17,240 nucleotides of DNA from Candidatus Iainarchaeum sp. (GTDB lineage: Archaea; Iainarchaeota; Iainarchaeia; Iainarchaeales; CSSED10-239): assembly GCA_028700905.1 (NCBI GenBank), contig JAQVRT010000008.1:1-17240 (forward strand). Direction: 5' to 3'. The notes below the pieces were generated by a model. The model did no database searches. It saw nothing but the letters and a program-made list of their open reading frames with translations, and had not been told where the DNA came from. Positions 1 through 7,707 of the stretch are shown piece after piece (the first letter of the stretch is position 1; every line of letters begins with the position of its first letter). Position numbers and translations under genes: made by a program.

Positions 1-1535
1 CAAAAGTTGAAGAAAAACATGAAATTAAACCAACTTTTGAACCTCCAAAAGAACTTTTACCAGAAAACTATCAAGTCTTAATACATGGTTTTGCATATGC
101 TTTTATTAAAGAAACAGAAAATGAAAGAGTATATGTAGTTGCAGAACCAGAACTTACAGAAGAAGAAGAAAGAATTTTAAAAGAAACTAGAGAATCACTA
201 ATTAATAAAATATCACTTGCAGATTTAACTGATGAATCTCAAATGTATACTTTAGTTGAAAAAATATTTACTAGAAATAAAATAAAACTTGGAAAAGAAC
301 AAAAAGACAAAATTGTTTATTATATTATAAGACAAGTTAGTGGACTTGATAAAATAGAACCACTTATGCATGATCCATTAATTGAAGATATTGAATGTGA
401 TGGTATAGGGATACCTATCTTCATTGTTCACAGAAAATATGGCCACATAGTTACAAATATTGTTCTTGATACAGAAAATGAACTACAACAATTTATTATT
501 AAAATGGCCCATCTTTGTAAAAGTTATGTTTCATATGCATCTCCACTTTTAGATGCTATCCTACCAGACGGATCTCGTGTCAATGCAACATTAACTTCAA
601 ATGTTTCAACTAGAGGGCCAACTTTTACTATCAGAAAATTCCCTCAAAAACCATTAACAACAATTGACTTAATTAACTCTGAAACAATTACTCCAGAAAT
701 TGTATCATATCTTTGGACATTACTTGAATTTAAAAAAAATATGATATTAATTGGACCAACAGCTGGTGGAAAAACAACACTTCTTAATGTTATTTCTTCA
801 TTTATACCAGAAGCACAAAGAGTTGTATCAATTGAAGACACAAGAGAAATTAATCTTTTACTTAATAACTGGATTCCACAGATTACAAGAAGTGGTTTTG
901 GACCACCTGATCAAAATGGAAAAAGATATGGTGAAGTTAGTATGAATGATCTTTTAAAAGAATCATTCAGACAAAGACCAGATTACTTAATCATCGGTGA
1001 AGTAAGAGGAGAAGAAATGGCTTTAATGTTCCAGGGTATGGCATCTGGACACTGTTCTCTATCAACAGTGCACTCAAAAAGTGTAGAAGCATTAATTACA
1101 AGAATTACAACTCCACCAATTTCTTTAGATCCATCTCTTATAACAAGTCTTGATATTGTAATTGTAACAGGATTTACAGGTGTTGGAGAAGAAGGAAGAA
1201 GAGAAATTAAAGAAATTGATGAAATTAAAGGGTATAATAGTAAAGAGAAAAAAGTAGAATATAATGCTATATATAAAGCAACAGATAAATTTAAAGAAAA
1301 AAGCGTTACATCACAAAGTGATCTTTTCCAAAAAGAAACTTCATTAGTATACAATAGTGATGTTTTAAAAGAAATATGTACAGAACATAATATTTCTAAA
1401 AAGAAAATGACAAGTATAATAATGGCAAGAACTAAATTTATTGAAGAACTTACTAAAAATCCACCTAAAGATTACGTAGAATTTAATAAACTTCTTAAAA
1501 ACTATAAAAGAAAAGAAGATTTTACAGAAAATTAA
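1..1535 (+). CDS. Type II/IV secretion-family ATPase (archaeal FlaI/ArlI / PilB-like pilus or archaellum assembly ATPase), 5'-truncated by the window edge
   Basis: The frame of the 243..1535 ORF stays open back to position 3, with no stop codon, so the gene starts upstream of the window. The N-domain carries 'ERVYVVAEPELTEEEE'. It has Walker A 'GPTAGGKTT', Asp box 'VVSIEDTREI', Walker B 'DYLIIGEVRGEE' and His box 'GHCSLSTVHS'. Stop is TAA at 1533-1535. Confidence 0.85.
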   Translation, partial: KVEEKHEIKPTFEPPKELLPENYQVLIHGFAYAFIKETENERVYVVAEPELTEEEERILKETRESLINKISLADLTDESQMYTLVEKIFTRNKIKLGKEQKDKIVYYIIRQVSGLDKIEPLMHDPLIEDIECDGIGIPIFIVHRKYGHIVTNIVLDTENELQQFIIKMAHLCKSYVSYASPLLDAILPDGSRVNATLTSNVSTRGPTFTIRKFPQKPLTTIDLINSETITPEIVSYLWTLLEFKKNMILIGPTAGGKTTLLNVISSFIPEAQRVVSIEDTREINLLLNNWIPQITRSGFGPPDQNGKRYGEVSMNDLLKESFRQRPDYLIIGEVRGEEMALMFQGMASGHCSLSTVHSKSVEALITRITTPPISLDPSLITSLDIVIVTGFTGVGEEGRREIKEIDEIKGYNSKEKKVEYNAIYKATDKFKEKSVTSQSDLFQKETSLVYNSDVLKEICTEHNISKKKMTSIIMARTKFIEELTKNPPKDYVEFNKLLKNYKRKEDFTEN

Positions 1536-2863
1536 AAAGGATCATCATAAGATAAAAGACCATCTTTTTGAGTTTTTTTTGTAAAATTTTGTTTTTTTGG
1601 CTTTTTTTTACTTTTTATAATTATTAAAAATATAATTAAAATAATTATTATAACAGAAATAACAATATAATAAAAAACACTATTTTGTTCAACTTCTTCT
1701 TCAATAAAACCAGAATCTAGGATAATTTTTGATTTTGATTTTAAAATTGAAACTTTATCAATTGCTTGAGAATATTGAGCCTTTGAAACTAAATCCTTAT
1801 ATTCATTATAAACTCTAAAAAGAGCATCAACTTCTGATTGTTCCTTCCAATATGGTTTGTATTCATCGTTTAAAATTGTGGTTATGGCATGCTCTAAATT
1901 GTTATAATTTGTAAAAGAAGTGTCATAACTTGTCATCAAGTCATTTAATTTAACTGACTCCATCCTAAGTTTCAAGTTATCAATAAATATACTTACCTTA
2001 TCATCACCTTTTAAATCTAAATACAGTTTAGAATAAAAAGAACTTGTAGAAGAAAGACTTTCATAAACATAATTAATATTTGAATTAAGGCTTGATGGAG
2101 GAGAAACTAAGTTTACAAGACCAGAAATTTCATTTGCAGGAACATTATCTTCTGCTACAATTTTTGTAACCAATTGTTCTGATTCTTGAATATACTCTAA
2201 AGAAGCTTGAGACAATTTATCATAACCTTTAAAAGAAGAATCAAAGGAATTTAAGAGACTAGAAGTATCTTTACAATCTGGAGAAGATAAAAATGAATTT
2301 TGAGAATTAATAAGTGAAGTTAAACTTTCTTTTAAATCTTCAAGATACACTATTAAGTTATTAATATGATTAATTGTTATTGTAATTTGAGAATTAAGTT
2401 CAGCAGAATAACTTTTCTCTAAAAGACCATTTAATTGTGCTTTTTTTGAATTAAGAGAAGTTATTATTGAGTTAATTCTATCAATTAACTGAGAAGATAA
2501 ATAATTACTAGGATTAGAATTTTTTAAAGATTTTAAAAGATATTCTGTTTTGATTAAATTAATATTAAAAGAATCAGTTTCACTTAAATAAACTTGAGAA
2601 GATTCATTTGAAATTGGAACAAACAAAATAGATTCTCCTAAAGAATTTACAATAGGGATTACAAAATATTCTTCATCTTCACAACTTATTTTTGGTTGTG
2701 TAAAAGTATCAATCATATCATTTTCAGAAAGATACTCTTTTGAAATATCTTGAGCTCCAAATAAAGATAAAGCAAATATATTTGAAGAAAATAAAACAAT
2801 TACTAAAAATATTAATAAAATCTTTTTCATAAAAATCAATTTTTGTAAACTATTATTATTCAT
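1532..2863 (-). CDS. Hypothetical surface protein: signal peptide, about 390-aa Ser/Asn/Leu-rich helical ectodomain, one C-terminal TM helix and a Lys-rich cytoplasmic tail
   Basis: This is a long ORF in an AT-rich genome. The N-terminus 'MNNNSLQKLIFMKKILLIFLVIVLFSSNIFA' looks like a Sec signal. The C-terminus 'FYYIVISVIIIILIIFLIII' followed by 'KSKKKPKK' looks like a TM anchor. I prefer the ATG at 2863, which follows GGAG with a 9-nt spacer. ATGs at 2830, 2878 and 2908 are alternatives. No family recognised. Confidence 0.6.
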   Translation of the reverse strand: MNNNSLQKLIFMKKILLIFLVIVLFSSNIFALSLFGAQDISKEYLSENDMIDTFTQPKISCEDEEYFVIPIVNSLGESILFVPISNESSQVYLSETDSFNINLIKTEYLLKSLKNSNPSNYLSSQLIDRINSIITSLNSKKAQLNGLLEKSYSAELNSQITITINHINNLIVYLEDLKESLTSLINSQNSFLSSPDCKDTSSLLNSFDSSFKGYDKLSQASLEYIQESEQLVTKIVAEDNVPANEISGLVNLVSPPSSLNSNINYVYESLSSTSSFYSKLYLDLKGDDKVSIFIDNLKLRMESVKLNDLMTSYDTSFTNYNNLEHAITTILNDEYKPYWKEQSEVDALFRVYNEYKDLVSKAQYSQAIDKVSILKSKSKIILDSGFIEEEVEQNSVFYYIVISVIIIILIIFLIIIKSKKKPKKQNFTKKTQKDGLLSYDDPF

Positions 2864-3830
2864 CTTTAATAGCTCCATTATTAAAAACTTTATAGAAAAT
2901 AAAAACATATAAAAGACCTAAAAGAGAAAAAGCAATTGAAAAATAAATCTGTGCCATTGAAGCAATTAAAATACCAATGAAAAGAGCAAAAAATTTATTT
3001 ACAACAACCATTAAAGGAATACTTGAAATTGAATCTAGTACTTGATTTTTAATATCATCAGTATTTAGATTTGCATAAAGTCTATCAAAATCTTCAGTGC
3101 TTGTTTTAGCAGTACTGTTTTCTTTAATATTTTCTATAAAGTCAACATAGTTATAGACCACAGGATCTTTTAATTGTTCTAAAGCTTTATATTCTTCAGA
3201 ATCTACAATAAAATTTACAACTGAAGAAGTACTGGCTTTACTTATGCTGTAGGAAGTACCCAGCCAATTACCAATATCATCTCCTACAAAAACTTCAACC
3301 ATCCCTATTTGCATTTTTTGAGAATAACTTGCTTGATTTGGTAAAATTACAAGAAAGATAACTAAAAATAAAGTTAAAGATAAAAGAATACTTATCTTTG
3401 AATTTGCATAGTTTGAAAGAGAGTTAAGATGATCCCTTTCTTTAAATTTGTTATATGTTAGAATAGATAAAAGTAAATGAGAAGCTAAATAAAATAAAAC
3501 AAATAACCAAAAATTTTTAGAAAAATTAAACAATAAAAAAGAAATTACAAAACCTAAAGTTATTCCAATAAAAACTTCTAAAAGATCTAAATTTTTTTCC
3601 TTTCTAACAGATAAAGCAATACAGATTGCAGAAGTTACTGGAAATAATAAAAGTAAAAATAAAAAATCTAAAGTTAAAAAAGTATTAACAATATCAGATA
3701 GATTAAAAACAATTAAAGAAGTTAAAGAGATACCTGATGCTTTATAGAAAAACATCCACATTATTATTGAAAAAGCAATTAATAATATTTTTAAAATTCC
3801 TTTCTTTTCAAAAACTTCAGTATAACTCAT
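2856..3830 (-). CDS. Hypothetical polytopic membrane protein (about 5 N-terminal TM helices, about 110-aa soluble loop, 2 C-terminal TM helices)
   Basis: The ORF shows repeated about 20-aa hydrophobic segments. The ATG at 3830 is preceded by GGTGA plus a 6-nt spacer. The track's first 'M' at 3833 is a TTG inside that spacer. The gene overlaps the map stop by 14 nt. No family recognised. Confidence 0.65.
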   Translation of the reverse strand: MSYTEVFEKKGILKILLIAFSIIMWMFFYKASGISLTSLIVFNLSDIVNTFLTLDFLFLLLLFPVTSAICIALSVRKEKNLDLLEVFIGITLGFVISFLLFNFSKNFWLFVLFYLASHLLLSILTYNKFKERDHLNSLSNYANSKISILLSLTLFLVIFLVILPNQASYSQKMQIGMVEVFVGDDIGNWLGTSYSISKASTSSVVNFIVDSEEYKALEQLKDPVVYNYVDFIENIKENSTAKTSTEDFDRLYANLNTDDIKNQVLDSISSIPLMVVVNKFFALFIGILIASMAQIYFSIAFSLLGLLYVFIFYKVFNNGAIKDE

Positions 3831-4740
3831 CAATGTTCACCAAATCTAAAAGACCTTCTTTTTCATCAACAATAAAAGTTGTTTCTGCTTGAGAGACATA
3901 ACTATCTTTCCTATCAACTAAAACAGGAAAGCTTGCAATAATTTCATTTTTTAAAAGCTCTCTTAAAGCATATCTTCTTTGAAATGTAGAAAGATTTTTA
4001 CCAACCCAATATTCTGAAAAAGGAGTTCCATTATATTTATGGATCTCTTCAAGAATTAATTTAGCGTCTTTATTTCTAATACCTCTATCTTCTATGTGTT
4101 GAAATATTAAAATTTTGTCAGCCTCAGAAACAAAACCATCCCCTGTAGATGCAAAAGGTTCAATTGCAAATGGAAGGTTTATTTCTGTAATTGGAATATT
4201 AATATCATTTGAAGTATTTGGTATTGATGGAGATGCATGAGGTTCATATCTTTCAATTGCATGTCCTGTAAGATTTATAATTGTTTTAAAACCTCTGGAA
4301 GTTATTTCTTTATCAATAATTTTTCCAAGATCAGATATTTTTGTAGTTTTATAATTATTAAGTAAATGATCTTTTGCTTTTTTAAGAGCAAAAAAAGAAG
4401 CGTCTCTTAAAGATTCATGTTTTTTATTAAAAATAATTGTTTGTGCAGAATCTGCAATATAACCTTCAATTGAAACTCCAACATCCACTTTTAAAACATC
4501 ATCTTCTTTTAAAATTACTGGAGATTCTAAATCATAGGTGTTATGTGCAGCTTCATTATTAATAGAAAGATTTACTGGCCATGCAGGAACAGCACCATTA
4601 TCTAGAATAAATTTATCAATTTCAACACCTATTCTTGAAAGGTCAGATTCAACTTTAATTATTTTTTTTGCAAATTTTTGAGTTTTTAAGTTTAACTCGC
4701 CAGCTTTTTTTAAAAGTTTAAGGTTTATGTCTTGAGTCAT
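3817..4740 (-). CDS. map: Methionine aminopeptidase, type 2 (archaeal/eukaryotic-type MetAP)
   Basis: The pita-bread fold metal-ligand context is present: 'DVLKVDVGVSIEGYIADSA', 'LTGHAIERYEPHASPSIPN' and 'FAIEPFAS'. The length of about 300 aa is typical of archaeal MetAP2. Stop is TGA. Confidence 0.9.
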   Translation of the reverse strand: MTQDINLKLLKKAGELNLKTQKFAKKIIKVESDLSRIGVEIDKFILDNGAVPAWPVNLSINNEAAHNTYDLESPVILKEDDVLKVDVGVSIEGYIADSAQTIIFNKKHESLRDASFFALKKAKDHLLNNYKTTKISDLGKIIDKEITSRGFKTIINLTGHAIERYEPHASPSIPNTSNDINIPITEINLPFAIEPFASTGDGFVSEADKILIFQHIEDRGIRNKDAKLILEEIHKYNGTPFSEYWVGKNLSTFQRRYALRELLKNEIIASFPVLVDRKDSYVSQAETTFIVDEKEGLLDLVNIDELY

Positions 4741-4746
4741 CTAAAA

Positions 4747-5256
4747 TCATTTTTTATTTTTTGTGGAATTATTTTTCTTAGAACTATTAAAAGAAAGTAT
4801 AAATAAAAATAACATAGCAATTATGATTCCTGAAAATAAAGGAAGATCACTTACAGGAACTTTAGTTGAAGATTTAATAACTGTAAAATATTTACTAAAA
4901 AGATTATTTGAAGGATTATCATCTGTATCAGTTAAAAAAATTCTTAGCATATATGGTTGGTTTGAATAATTAATATCAGCACCATTAATTGTTATTAAAT
5001 TATCACCATCATTTAAAAAACCACTAGAAGTATAGAAAGGAGCTCCTCCTGTTGGTCTATAAATGTTTAAATCATAATCTGCAGATCCTGAAGAATTTGA
5101 AGAAACTACAACTGTAATATTAAAATCTGAATTAGCTCTTACAGTGTTTGGAATTACAACATCAGTTATCCCAAAATCATCATAAGCAGAAATATTAAAA
5201 GAAATAAAAATAATCATTAAAAAAGATATTATACTAAAAATAATTTTGTTTTTCAA
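4747..5256 (-). CDS. Small secreted protein with a C-terminal TM anchor and Lys-rich tail (possible Ig/CARDB-like beta domain)
   Basis: It has a Sec-type signal 'MKNKIIFSIISFLMIIFISFNISA' and the C-terminus 'LPLFSGIIIAMLFLFILSF-NSSKKNNSTKNKK'. The start is TTG at 5256, preceded by a perfect SD GGGTGAT (5262-5268) with a 5-nt spacer. The next in-frame ATG would delete the signal n-region. Confidence 0.6.
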   Translation of the reverse strand: MKNKIIFSIISFLMIIFISFNISAYDDFGITDVVIPNTVRANSDFNITVVVSSNSSGSADYDLNIYRPTGGAPFYTSSGFLNDGDNLITINGADINYSNQPYMLRIFLTDTDDNPSNNLFSKYFTVIKSSTKVPVSDLPLFSGIIIAMLFLFILSFNSSKKNNSTKNKK

Positions 5257-5341
5257 AATCTATCACCCTATACCTAAATATATTTATATAAAACTAATAA
5301 ATATATTAACTGGTAAGTAATAAAAAGCTTTTTGTTTTAAT

Positions 5342-5356
5342 AAAAAAAAAGAAAAA
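5342..5356 (-). terminator. Oligo-T tract (T5-C-T9 on the minus strand) about 20-35 nt downstream of rpl11
   Basis: The plus strand reads A9-G-A5. Archaeal RNAP terminates at oligo-T runs. The tract lies between the rpl11 stop (5377) and the promoter region of the next operon. Confidence 0.45.
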
Positions 5357-5376
5357 TAGAGATGATCTAATACTTT

Positions 5377-5844
5377 TTAAAGTCTAGAATCAAAATCTCC
5401 ATGATTAACCATTTTTGTAACTTCAGAAGCAGGAAGATTATCAATAGTAACACCCATTGCTCTACAAGAACCTAAAATTTCTTTAACAGCAGATTTTTTA
5501 GATTTTGAAACTAATTGAGAATATTTAGCATTCATTATCTTTAAAACTTGTTCAAATGTTAAATTTCCAGCAACTTCTTGGTTAACTTTTGAAGCACCTT
5601 TCTTAATATTTAATTCTTTTTTAATTAATGCTCCTGTTTGAGGAGAACCTAATTCAATTGTAAAATTCTTTTTAGAATCAATATGGATCTTAACAGGAAT
5701 TTCCATACCATTAAGATGTTTTGTATCTTCATTTATTTTATTTACAATTTCCATTGTATTTACTCCTAAAGGACCTAAAGCAGGACCGATTGGAGGACCA
5801 GCATTTGCTTTTCCAGCTTCTACTAAAACTTTTATTGTAGGCAT
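5377..5844 (-). CDS. rpl11: 50S ribosomal protein uL11
   Basis: The N-terminus 'KVLVEAGKANAGPPIGPALGPLGVN' is the uL11 signature. SD-like GAGTGAT sits 7 nt upstream of the ATG. Confidence 0.95.
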   Translation of the reverse strand: MPTIKVLVEAGKANAGPPIGPALGPLGVNTMEIVNKINEDTKHLNGMEIPVKIHIDSKKNFTIELGSPQTGALIKKELNIKKGASKVNQEVAGNLTFEQVLKIMNAKYSQLVSKSKKSAVKEILGSCRAMGVTIDNLPASEVTKMVNHGDFDSRL

Positions 5845-5868
5845 ATTTTAATCACTCTTTTTATATTT

Positions 5869-6306
5869 TTAATTTAATAATTTTATGTTTTCTGCTTTAA
5901 TTGTTATTGGAATCTTAACACTTGCATCGAAAAGTTCAATGATAACTTCTTCTTTTGCTAAATTAATTCTAACAACTTTTGCTCTAGAACCTTTAAAAGG
6001 GCCTAGGATAATTTCAACAGTTTGTCCAGGTTTTATAGAAGTCATTAATGGTCTTGATTCTAAAACACCTGCAATTTCTGAAATATTAATGTTTCCTTCA
6101 ACAATTTTTCCACCTTTAATATGAGGAACATTATGAACTAAAATTTCAACTGTTTTTTTAGAATCAGCTTCAACTAAAAGATATCCTTTTAAATCAGCCA
6201 TTTCAACTACAGAATAGACTTCAAGTTCATCTTGTCTTGCTTTATTTGCTAAAAGATCCATTATTACTTTTTCTTGACCAACTGTTGTTCTTATTGTAAA
6301 AATCAT
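5869..6306 (-). CDS. spt5: Transcription elongation factor Spt5 (archaeal NusG)
   Basis: It has an NGN domain ('IFTIRTTVGQEKVIMDLL...KGYLLVEA') and a KOW motif ('KPGQTVEIILGPFKGSRAKVVRIN'). It sits in the conserved position between secE and rpl11. Confidence 0.9.
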   Translation of the reverse strand: MIFTIRTTVGQEKVIMDLLANKARQDELEVYSVVEMADLKGYLLVEADSKKTVEILVHNVPHIKGGKIVEGNINISEIAGVLESRPLMTSIKPGQTVEIILGPFKGSRAKVVRINLAKEEVIIELFDASVKIPITIKAENIKLLN

Positions 6307-6331
6307 ATTTTTTCACACACTTATAAGTTTT

Positions 6332-6508
6332 TTAAAAAAAGCTTGCAATAAGCTTTACAAAATAACCAATAACTCCTATAACTACTATTCCTATGGCAAT
6401 AATCTTTACCATAAAACCAAACTCTTTAGTAGTTGGTTTTTGAGAAATGTTTAATATTCTTCTTGAAGATGCAAAGAAATTATTAAGTTTATTTATCATT
6501 TTTGACAT
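6332..6508 (-). CDS. secE: Preprotein translocase subunit SecE / Sec61-gamma (58 aa; absent from the ORF track)
   Basis: My hand translation of the minus strand is MSKMINKLNNFFASSRRILNISQKPTTKEFGFMVKIIAIGIVVIGVIGYFVKLIASFF*. It has an amphipathic basic N-part ending in 'KPTxKEF' and a single C-terminal TM helix. SD-like GAGTTGAT lies upstream. It is in the canonical position immediately upstream of spt5/nusG. Confidence 0.75.
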   Translation of the reverse strand: MSKMINKLNNFFASSRRILNISQKPTTKEFGFMVKIIAIGIVVIGVIGYFVKLIASFF

Positions 6509-6532
6509 AATTTAATCAACTCTTATATTTTT

Positions 6533-7603
6533 TTAAACACTATCAATATCAAGATCCATACCTTTTAGATCATCTGAATTATATCCTTCTTCAAGATAAG
6601 GTATATGAGCACCTGCAATTACAACCATAACTTTTACTTTTTTATTTGCAAGGTTATCATCAATCATTGCACCCCAAATAATATGAGCATCCTCATTTAT
6701 TTTAGAAGCAACAGTATCAACAATAAGCTCAGATTCTTTAATTGTTAAATCAGAACCACCAATTACATTTACTAAAGCTTTCTTTGAGCTTGTAATATCA
6801 ATATCAAGTAAAGGAGAAGTTAATGCATTTTCAACAGCTTCCATTGCTCTTGAATCATTTCCTTTTTCAATATTTGATTCTCCAACACCAATCATTGCCA
6901 TTCCACCTTTTGAAAGAATAGTTCTAAGATCTGCAAAATCAAGATTAATTATTCCTGATTTTGTAATAAGCTCAACTATACCTTTTACACTTTCAGTTAA
7001 AATTTTATCAACTTCTTGGAAAGCAACATTTAATGGAAGATCTGGAGCAATTTCTAAAATTTTATCGTTTGGAATTATTATTAAAGTATCAACTTCTTTT
7101 TTTAATTTATCAAGGCCTGCAAGAGCATTTTCAATTCTTTTTTTACCCTCTACAGCAAATGGTAAAGTTGCAACTCCAATTGTTAAAGAACCTTGTTCTT
7201 TTGCAAGTCTTGCAACAACAGGTGCAGCACCAGTTCCTGTTCCACCACCAAGACCACAAGTTACAAATACTAAATCTTTTCCTTTTATTAGATCTATAAG
7301 TTCATCTTTTGATTCCTCTGCAGCAGAAGCACCAACATCTGGATTTGATCCAGCACCTAAACCTTTTGTTGTTTTTTTACCAATTAATATTTTTTTATCA
7401 GCATTAACTCTTATTAAAGCTTGAGCATCTGTGTTTAAAGCAATTGTAAAAGCTCCTTCAACACCAATATTTGTTAATCTTTCAATAGTATTATTACCAC
7501 TACCACCAGCACCAACAACACATATTTTTGGTAAAGATGCATTTAAAAATTCTTCAAGTTCTGCATTGGTTTGTTGATTGTTATCCAAGATAATCCACCT
7601 CAT
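6533..7603 (-). CDS. ftsZ: Cell division GTPase FtsZ
   Basis: It has the tubulin signature 'GLGGGTGTGAAPVVA', 'VVGAGGSGNNTI', the T7 region 'NLDFADL' and an acidic C-terminal tail. Confidence 0.95.
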   Translation of the reverse strand: MRWIILDNNQQTNAELEEFLNASLPKICVVGAGGSGNNTIERLTNIGVEGAFTIALNTDAQALIRVNADKKILIGKKTTKGLGAGSNPDVGASAAEESKDELIDLIKGKDLVFVTCGLGGGTGTGAAPVVARLAKEQGSLTIGVATLPFAVEGKKRIENALAGLDKLKKEVDTLIIIPNDKILEIAPDLPLNVAFQEVDKILTESVKGIVELITKSGIINLDFADLRTILSKGGMAMIGVGESNIEKGNDSRAMEAVENALTSPLLDIDITSSKKALVNVIGGSDLTIKESELIVDTVASKINEDAHIIWGAMIDDNLANKKVKVMVVIAGAHIPYLEEGYNSDDLKGMDLDIDSV

Positions 7604-7660
7604 AAATAAATAAAAAATATTATATAATAAGTATAATATTATATATTATAGTGAGGAAAC

Positions 7661-7670
7661 CTTTAAATAT
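7661..7670 (+). promoter_or_regulatory. Candidate BRE/TATA element CTTTAAATAT for the downstream e2b2-like gene
   Basis: It is TATA-like and lies 38 nt upstream of the ATG at 7708. An SD GGTGA (7697-7701) lies between them. The same 10-mer recurs twice in the pheT-metG spacer. Confidence 0.4.
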
Positions 7671-7707
7671 AATATGGTTAACCTATTTTTATAAAAGGTG
7701 AATAAAA

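Noticed and set aside
644-1354. Antisense and alternate-frame ORFs inside the ATPase gene (644..841 -, 751..945 +, 983..1354 -)
   Set aside because: They lie wholly within a strongly supported CDS with clear ATPase motifs. Their products are low-complexity and have no SD or promoter context. They are typical shadow ORFs.
2864-2908. A 5' extension of the 458-aa ORF (MFLFSIKFLIMELLK...) overlapping the upstream gene by 53 nt
   Set aside because: The extension adds a hydrophobic segment ahead of an otherwise normal signal peptide. An internal ATG at 2863 has a GGAG SD and gives only an 8-nt overlap. Start choice among 2863, 2830 and 2878 remains uncertain.
4763-4969. Plus-strand 68-aa ORF opposite the 169-aa secreted-protein gene
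   Set aside because: It is a shadow ORF. The minus-strand frame has a coherent signal peptide, domain and TM-anchor architecture and a perfect SD.
5170-5256. Type IV pilin (class III) signal peptide on the 169-aa protein, considered because of the nearby pilus ATPase
   Set aside because: There is no K/R-G/A cleavage motif before the hydrophobic stretch. The N-terminus looks like an ordinary Sec signal with an 'ISA/YDD' cleavage site.
5322-5333. Perfect 12-nt palindrome AAAAAGCTTTTT downstream of rpl11
   Set aside because: It is too short and A/T-dominated to be meaningful on its own. It is probably part of the T-rich termination region.
5885-7299. Plus-strand ORFs 5885..6124 (inside spt5) and 7033..7299 (inside ftsZ)
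   Set aside because: They are antisense to genes with unmistakable family signatures. The translated products are repetitive L/Q/F-rich strings typical of the reverse frames of AT-rich genes.
7604-7707. AT-only palindromes (for example ATAATATTAT) in the ftsZ/e2b2 divergent spacer as a replication origin or ORB elements
   Set aside because: The sequence is low-complexity TA-rich, where palindromes arise by chance. There are no repeated ORB-like boxes and no adjacent orc1/cdc6. Divergent promoters explain it more simply.
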